A DNA stretch of 61,563 bases from Geosiphon pyriformis uo1 (Eukaryota > Fungi > Glomeromycota): the NCBI GenBank assembly GCA_016748015.1, contig JAAOMT010000275.1, positions 385,124 to 446,686 of the forward strand, in the 5' to 3' direction. Under the pieces are notes generated by a model, which ran no database searches, had not been told where the DNA came from, and was given only the letters and a program-made list of their open reading frames with translations. Below, piece by piece: positions 53,010 through 61,563 of the stretch. The position numbers were made by a program, and so were the translations under genes. Within the stretch, counting starts at the first letter, position 1. The number at the start of each line of letters is the position of its first letter.

Positions 53010-56000
53010 ATAATCCTACAGAGAACCAGCACTGACAACACCAAACCAAAAGTGGCAGAATCAGAAATTATAGGAGCAAACCATTTAGGATTCGCAAAAT
53101 CTTGATTTCAATACTATTGTCAATACTTGGGATTAAACCAGAATCATATATCCACCAAATCAGCTTTCAATTTCTACGTCAATGAAAAGATTTCTTCTTT
53201 ATTAGGAACACCAGTAAATACTGAATCAGCAAGAGAAACTTTCTATAAGGAATTAATTCAAAACACCAACCTATCAACAAATCATAATTTCGCATCCATC
53301 ATCACTGAGATCAACAAAGAAATTGAACATCACACTCAACAAAGATATCCAATTACATATGCTAATAAAGGCAAGGGAAAATTACAAACACCAGCAGTAA
53401 CACCCAGAAAAATACAGCCATCTGCTTGGAAGAAAAACAGAGTTGAATCCCCAAGCAACCCATCCTATCACTACATACTGGGAAGCGCCATTAATATAAC
53501 ATCAGCAAGTGCGTCCACATCAAATGTGATATCAACATTCGGATGACTCTCATTCCAAAGTAAACAAAAGAAAACAGATCTGTTAGAACCATATGGCGAA
53601 TACTTTGAGGGATTTAATTCACGATCATCAATCCCATCAGGACTTCGATCATTACTGCCTCCACCAGATTTTGGAATCTCTAATCCATGGGAAGCAGCAG
53701 AATCAGAAAAAAAAGAAAAAAAATTGGAAGATCAAGAATTTACTTATCAAAACCCGATCACTAAAAGCCTGGAAGTTGAAACCCTGAATCTTCAAGCTCA
53801 GCAAAATTTAAATATAGAAAATTCAGAAATCGAAACTCCGAATCAGCAAAGACAGAACAATCCAAATCCTGAATTAATTAATCAGCAAAACTTATCTCCA
53901 GTAATCGTCATCAATCAACTGCCAATTAATCCAGTAGCCAAACTCATACAACAGCCATTTCAACTACCACCCTAACAACCAGGACAACAACAACAACCAT
54001 TTCAACAGCCACCACAACAACCCAACTTAAATCCAATGGTCTACGCACCAATCGCAAAACTTGACAACTTTACTGGTGAAGAGGATGACACTCAAGTATG
54101 GCTGAATGATGTAGAAAAGGCCATTACAGCCAACAGATGGAATGATGCTCGAACAATGCAAGCCATTCCCTACTTTCTCAAGGATACCGCCAATTCATGG
54201 TACCAGAGCTTGATTAATAAACCACAAGATTTTAATGCCTTCAAAGTGGAATTCCTAAAATACTTCAGCAACAATAACAGCATCAATTACCTAGTCAATG
54301 CATTCACCACCATGAAACAAGGAGAAACTGAAGCAGTTACCACTTACCTGGGATGCTTTCATCGAAACCTACACCAAATTCAAGCAATTGAAGCCAACTA
54401 TTTCACCACACCACAGATACTCAATCAGTTTATCTGTGGCCTGTACAGCAGCATCTTACAACATGTACGTCTGTTGCATCCAGGTATCCTTCAAGATGCA
54501 GTTACACATGCCAGAGATTTTGAATCTGCTGAGTCAGAGGCTAACCACGCCCAAGCCATTAATCTAGTAATGAATGGATCATCTGAACTGGATTCCAAAT
54601 TGGAGAAGTTCAGTGAATCAATTAATAAAAAATTGGAAGGATACTTAGCTAACAATTACACCATTTATCAGCCTCCACAACGATGCAATAATCAAAGAAA
54701 CTCTAATTGTGCCCAAACTCAACCATGTCCATCTACATCGACCAATCAACAGTGGCAACAGGAAACGTGTATCTGCCACTATTGTGGTAAACAAGGACAT
54801 ATCCAAATTAACTGTTACCAGCGTTTAAATAACCAATAATTAAGAAATCAATATCAAAACCCCGATCGCCAGTTCCAAACTCTGAATCATTATCCAAATC
54901 AAAGTCAAGACCAATATTGAAATAATTACCTGCCAATAACACAGCAACCAATCTATCAACCACCAGTATATCAACCTCCGATTTATTAGCCACAGCCACA
55001 AGTAATATATCAACCACAGCCACAAATTATCTATCAACCCCAACCAATTCAAACACTGCCCCAAAACCCAGCTCAAATAACATCAGGCAATCCTCGATCC
55101 AGAGTCACTCAAAACTGGAGATCAGCAATAGTTGTTTACCAACCGATTCCCAGTTTACTAAACCCACCATTAGAATCATGCACCCGGAATTTAGATACCA
55201 GTCGTGTCCAAAACCCAAATTTCCAACACTATTTAAGTCTTTTGGTTAACTCAGAAGACACTACATCTAACAACATGGAATTCAATCAGCAGGTACCTAC
55301 CAACACGATTTCACCAGCAACCATCTCTAGCGATGAATTCTTAGCAGCCATCTTTCCTTTCAAATTCGAAGAAAACACATTGATACCATTATTCAGTGGA
55401 GCCACCCTCAAAGAAAAACCCATAACAGCAATGTACATGGATGCCAGAGTTGATGGTCACCCTATCAAACTCATCCTAGATAGTGGATTAGCTGACAGCA
55501 TAATTACAAGACAGCTCATGGATCAATTAGGTTGCCGAGTTGATCAAGCTGCTAGTGCTAGAATCATCACTGCTGATGGTGCCACAAAAACACCTATTGG
55601 CGAGATAGATGATTTCCCTATAGAAATTAATGGCATCATAGTACCCATCAAAGTCCTAGTAATGGACACCACCTAATACCAAGCCCTAGTCAGTAATGAC
55701 TGGCTGTCCAAAACCAATGCCGTGCTTAATTGGATGACCCAAGAGTTAATACTCAGCCAGAATGGAAGACACACATGAGTACCAGTAATGTGTGGCCACT
55801 TCAAGACTACCAACAACATGGCACCACTAATTGACTTCGATGAGGAGAAACCAAAGCTGACCTGAGAAGCCTACCAAGTATTGTGGGCTGACAAAGAGCA
55901 CAACAAGCTGCCGCCAATACTCTTCTGGGATGACAACAACAAGGGAACAGGGAAACAAAAGGAAGAACTTACTTGGAAAACTGATAACCTGACATGGACT

Positions 56001-59000
56001 GACAATGATGAGAGCGAACTGACTTTAAGCTGAAAATAGGAAGAAGACAAAAAAAATAAAGAGAAAGGAAAAGAAAAAGAGACCACCCAAACCACCACCA
56101 CTTATAACACCTACACCATATCACAATGATCTACCTATCGTCGACTTAAGCTGATATGTGTCGATTGTGGCAAGAAATTGTTGTCAATAGGTGCATGCTG
56201 TAAGAACAATGAGAAATATTCAATGACAACTAGGTTCTATTGCCGCCCATGTGTCTTTGAATGCTTTGGAAGACTAAAATGAGTAGGGAAATGGGACAAC
56301 CAGTCATGCTTAGCTTGTGGAGAGATTCTATTGGACAAAGGAATATGGCATGACATTCCTGAACATAGAAGAACATGTAATGTAGAGTGTTAATACACAA
56401 TTCTGATCAGCGACTGGGTTAAAAAAGGGACACCAATCAAAGCTGCTTGGCAAAAGGCAGTATGACAATTAGACAGTTGTCCACATGACGACGACAAAAT
56501 TTGGAGAATGGCAACTGCCAAAATTGAAGACGCGTCACCAGAAAAAATCTGAACCATTAAAAACAACCCACCAGAACCCATCGAGCTTGACTGGGACACA
56601 GAGCCAGTCATAAATTTTCTGGAACCAGAAGAGTTCCATAAACACTACCAAAACTTGGCACCCACTAAAGAAGAGCAAGAACAATAGCTAGCACAGTTAA
56701 ATACAAGACTGTGTCGCCATTGTTTAATTCTCAGTGACTTTGAATATTGTAACAATTATGATCTTATTTACAATCCACCATCACGCATGATCTACTTGAT
56801 CTCTGAAAAAGAAGAACCAATCAGCAGCTGTGCATCGGAATCAGAATTGCTGATCAATCATAATCCAGACTCTGACAATGACAACGAAAACACCAGTTCC
56901 AGCTCTGTTCAAAATGGCAATGACGATGAAAATGATTCAGACTCAGATTCAAACCCTGATTTAAACTATGAACAATACATTGCACTACCAGATCTTTCTA
57001 AGAAACAAAAGTTGAAATGGTATAGTGACAATGGGGAAGGTATTATGCCAGAACGTGCACATAATACTGATGCAGGATTTGATCTGAGGTATCCAGGAAA
57101 AGAGACCATCAAATTGGAGCCACATTCATGCATCTGCATTGATCTGAAAATAGCACTAGAAATTCTGGCAACAACAATGGTTCAATTAGCATCTAAGAGT
57201 AGTCTAGCAAAAAAAGGGATTAATATAAGAAGAGGAATAATTGACACAGGATATATAGGAAATATCATCGTGATGCTACAAAATAACTCAGAAAAGGCCT
57301 ATATAATAGAACCCAATGAAAAGATAGCACAGGCAATATTTCTGCCTCTGGTTAGAATAGCTCAGTTAGTATCAGTGGGAAAAAAGAAGGAATTAGGAAT
57401 AACAGCGAGAGGAATATAGGGATTCAGATTGACAGGTAGAATAGATGTACCAGTTAATATGGCAGAGGAAAAAATTGTCAGCCAAAGAGAAATTATCTCA
57501 ACCAGTCAAGCTATTTCTATTCCACCATATAGCCAGTACATGTTAACAATAGAAAGGAAGGAAAAGGAGCAAGAACAAATTTTTGAAGCTGAAGCAAACC
57601 TTTATGAATCAGGAGAGATTGGACTGATCAATCTCCACATACCAGCCAAGAGCTATAGTCACATAAAAATTCCCATCTACAACAACACTGGCAATGTTAT
57701 CAACATACCAGAAGGAACCACCATCGGATATTTAACCACAGAAATAGAAGACCAACCACCAAACCCCATTCCAGACTTTTCACAACTTTATGGATATGTT
57801 GACATCACATCACAAACAATCTATGGACAAGACAAATGTTATTTGCTCCAACCAGAACAATTAGAACAAATAAACATGGGAAACCTAGATCTACTCCAAT
57901 GTATGCAGCTCAAGATATTACTCAACAATTTCAACAACATCTTTGCCAGCGAAAATGAGTTTGGCTGAACTGACATCATCCAGCATCAGATCAAGACTGG
58001 AAATGCAATGCCAATCAAACAAAGAGCATATAAAGTGCCACCAGCCAGCCACAAGATCATTTGTCAAGAGATAAACAGAATGCTTGACAATGGGCTAATT
58101 CAACCATCAATGAGCCCATGGTCGTCACCAGTGGTACTTGTTCATAAGAAGAATGAAAAAATCCAGTTTTGTGTAGACTACAGGAAACTCAATGATGTAA
58201 CTTGTGGAGACAGTTATCCAACTCCATGAATACAGGAATTATTCGATGCTTTTGGTGGGAACAAATGGTTCTTAACATTAGATTTGGACAGTGGTTACTG
58301 ACAAGTAGCCATGAATCCAGCTGACAAAGAAAAGATGGTATTTACTACTAGAGAAGGGAATTTCGAATTTGAAGTGATGTCATTCGGCTTAACCAATGCC
58401 CCAGCAACTTTCCAATGGCTAATGAAAATCATTTATACTGGCTTATTGTGGAAATCAGTAGTTGTATACTTGGACAACACCAATGTATTCTCAAAGACGT
58501 TTGATGATCATTTTTATTATCTTCAACAAGTGTTCGAAAGACTAAGAAGAGCAGGACTAAAGTTAAATGCAACAAAGTGCTTCTTTGGCAAGACAGAACT
58601 CAAATTCTTGAGATACATAATCAGCAAAGCCAGCATCAAAACAGATCCAGAGAAAATAGAGATAGTAAAAAACTTTCCAGTGCTGACCAATATAACAGAA
58701 CTGAAATCATTCTTGGGATTTGCCAGCTACTATTGTTATTTTATCAAGAACTTTTCCAAGATAGCACAGCCACTCAACCAACTGCAAAACAAAAATACGA
58801 AATATAAATGGACAGAAAGTCAACAAGAAGCTTTTGATATTCTGAGGGAAAAGCTCATCCAAGCTCCAGTATTGATCTATCCAGATTACAGCAAACCATT
58901 CATTATCACCACCAATGCATCTGGCCAAGCATTGGAAACAGTATTATCTTAGAGAGGACTGGACGGCAGAGAACATCCAGTAGTATATGCCAGTAGAGAT

Positions 59001-61345
59001 TTAACACCAGCCGAAAAAAACTATGGAACACCAGAACAAGAACACTTAGCAATATACTGAGCCATCATGAAATAGAAAGAATATTAGAACCAGAAGTTTG
59101 AAGTATACACAGATCACAAGGGATTAACATCACTCCAAAAACAAGAATTTGGAGATGAAAGACAGTCAAAATGGAAAATAGCACTTGCACTATACAATTA
59201 TACTATACATTACAAAAAAGGAAAAGACAACTGAAATACTGACAATTTATCATGAATAAGACAAATCTAAGAATATTTCAACCCAAAAATATAATAAAAC
59301 CAGAACAATACCAATGGAAAAATACAACAAAAGATGAACATACAAAAATATCAACAATTGCAACATTATCTAAACACTTAACAGTTCAAAGAGAATTTAT
59401 CTCAAACAGAACGAAAAAGTATCAAACAACAATCAAAATATTTTATCATTCACCAAAATATACTTTATTGGAAAAATAGAAGGGATCCAGATCAACCAAC
59501 TAGAGTAATTACGGAGCCAGAAAAAGAGACAATATTATTTAACATACACTCAAATCCAACAGCAGGACATTTTCACAAAGAAGCAACCATGGAAAGAACC
59601 AGAAAGAGATACTATTGGCCATCAATGTACTTAGACATCATTTAATATGTTCAAAATTGTGATGCTTGTTAGCAAAGAAAAGGGACAAGACCCAGTGAAC
59701 CATTAAAACCAATCAAAGTGGGACAACTATTTGACCGTATTAGAATTGATTTAGTCGGACCATTAACAATCACCAACAAAGGAAACAGATACATAGTGGT
59801 AGTCATAGACTATCTTACTAAATGGCCAGAGGCAAAAGCAATTCAAAGAGCAGATGCAGAATCCATTGCCGAATTCATTCATCAAGATTTGATTTGTTGA
59901 CATGGATGTCCAAAAAAATTATTATCAGACCAAGGAACTTATTTTGTGAACAAAACATTAACAAAATTGAGCCAAAGATTCGGAATCAAGAGACCATTAT
60001 CATCACCATATCATCCACAAACCAACAGATTAGTAGAAAAATTCAACAGAACATTGTGTGAAGCAATAGCTAAACTCAGCCAAAAAAACCAGAATGATTG
60101 AGATTTGTTGATACCATCAGTACTATTTGCTTATCGGACAATAAAACAAAATACTACACAAGCAACACCATTTGAATTAGTATATAGTAGACAGAAGAAA
60201 ATTTCAAAGATACATTGTTGAGAAGAACATATGACTTAATGGAAACATTGGAAAACAACCGAAGAAGAGCAGCTGATAATATTCAAAAGTCACAAGAAAA
60301 ACAGAAAGAAAGACACAATAGTCAACTACCAAACAAACCAGTTGAATTCAAGATTGGAGACAAAGTATTACTACATTATACCAAAGCAGAAAAACAATGG
60401 AGTAGAAAATTTGACCCCAAATGAGATGGACCATTTCACATAGAAGAAATTTTAGGAAATGGAGCTTACAAATTAAGATTGGATAATAAAATTTTAACCA
60501 AAGCAGCACATAGAGATTAACTGAAGTCATATCATGATATTACACTACTATCTACCAGTAATATTCCACAATTAGGAGTACAAAGAATACTAGTCCAACC
60601 AGATGAGATTCCACGAGATCTGGAACTAATCATTATTATCAACAACAACACGTTAAATTGATCAATCAAAAAAATATATAAAAACATAGTAGATGTGACA
60701 GGAAATATCAAAAAAATGGAAATTACAGACAACATTCACACACTAGCACAACAACTCTTTCAATTAATCCAACACCAAGAAATGGAGATTACAATCAATC
60801 AACAAATTATTTGATATCAAGATACTAGAAAGACATTACAACTCAGAACACCAAAGAAAACTGAAAATATAGTAGACAAAATCATGGCAAAAGTAAAATT
60901 AGCAATAAAAGAATCAACAAAAGAGTCACTATATTAAGAGTTGACTAAAGAAACTTGGAATTGGTGGATACAACAATTTCTACAAAACTATTGTTATTTT
61001 TACTTGGGACAACACGTAAATATCCAGAATCTATATACAGATAAAACAAAGCAATTATTTGACAAAAGAATACTACAACAATTAGAACATTTTGTGGGAA
61101 AGAACAACTTATCCACACAAGCCCGAGCCATATACCGAATACACACAGCATTTCAGAATAAACCAGAAATATTGCTCAATAGAGCAATGGATATGGTTAC
61201 CAGTAATCAATTGGGAAAAATCACCAATGCTCAATTTGAAGAATTACAAACCCAAATAACACAAGTAATTCTCGAAAACAAAATCCAAGAAATACTTCAA
61301 GAGGGGGAATTACATAAGTTGGATTTCAATAGAGCTCAATATTAA
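53010..61345 (+). pseudogene. Gypsy Gag-Pol polyprotein, disrupted by nonsense mutations and one deletion (~60190)
   Basis: Gag: PIAKLDNFTGEED..WLNDVEKA, CHYCGKQGHIQINC. Protease: LILDSG. RT: SPWSSPVVLV, FCVDYRKLN, FGLTNAPATFQ, YLDN (ex-YLDD). RNase H: ITTNASG, VVYASR, YTDHK. Integrase: H..GHF..CDAC, IDLVGPL, SDQG, EKFNRTL, GPF. Confidence 0.95.
57030..57440 (+). pseudogene. dut: dUTPase domain within the Gypsy polyprotein
   Basis: All five motifs in order: DAGFDL, ASKSSLA, GIIDTGYIGNI, EKIAQAIF, RGI*GFRLTG (ex-RGxxGFGSTG). Confidence 0.93.
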
Positions 61346-61355
61346 AAGGAGGAAA
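61344..61355 (+). promoter_or_regulatory. Polypurine tract
   Basis: aaaaggaggaaa ends 3 nt before the 3' LTR TG. Confidence 0.85.
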
Positions 61356-61358
61356 TAA

Positions 61359-61563
61359 TGTTACTTATAGAAATATAGGAAATATATTAACATAATTATT
61401 AGCCAATCAGAAGTAAGCATAGTAAATGTGAAATTCCAGGATTTTTTTCAGGAATTGCAGGATTCCAGGAATTTCAGGATTCCCCAACGAGGAATTGCAA
61501 GATTTCAGAATTCCAGAATTCCAGGAATTCTAGGATTCCTGTTGTGAAAAATCGAGAAATTGA
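61359..61563 (+). repeat. 3' LTR (partial)
   Basis: tgttacttatagaaatataggaaatatatt... is identical in layout to 52111 onward. Confidence 0.95.

Larger units (their letters stand above)
52111..61563 (+). mobile_element. Ty3/Gypsy LTR retrotransposon carrying dUTPase; 3' LTR cut by the window edge
   Basis: LTR-PBS-gag-PR-RT-RH-IN-PPT-LTR with Gypsy domain order. Confidence 0.97.

Noticed and set aside
53010-61345. Alternative genetic code or programmed read-through to explain in-frame stops
   Set aside because: All three stop types occur at positions expected for Trp/Gln/Arg, catalytic residues are also mutated by transitions, and host genes use standard stops.
60716-61345. Envelope (env) gene
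   Set aside because: No signal peptide, furin site or transmembrane helix; kept as an unknown module instead.

Overview
Intron-rich, AT-rich eukaryotic DNA. The gene style and repeat families suggest a Glomeromycota-type fungus such as Geosiphon; this is inferred from recalled family resemblance and was not tested. Two host genes are intact: a 6-exon, ~1273-aa STE20/PAK-like kinase (+, 2565-7216) and a ~16-exon short/branched-chain acyl-CoA dehydrogenase (-, 24629-27256). Most of the sequence from ~18 kb onward is retroelement DNA degraded by C>T/G>A transitions. It includes two full-length LINEs (ORF1 + APE-RT-RNaseH-CCHC ORF2; + 34.8-41.6 kb and - 44.8-51.8 kb) and a 179-bp 5'-truncated LINE with a 9-bp TSD. 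It also holds about seven copies of a ~2.3-kb ORF1-only element that carries the LINE 3' UTR and (TAA)n tail but no ORF2 (a HAL1/half-LINE-like non-autonomous family), and a solo LTR nested in one of them. A Ty3/Gypsy element (52.1 kb to the window end) has an internal region that is essentially one reading frame: Gag, protease, a Cys-rich multi-zinc-finger insert, dUTPase, a dUTPase-like relic, RT, RNase H, integrase and an unknown ~230-aa C-terminal module. The best leads are the ORF1-only parasite family, the cargo-laden Gypsy polyprotein and the transition-only, largely non-CpG mutation of repeats.
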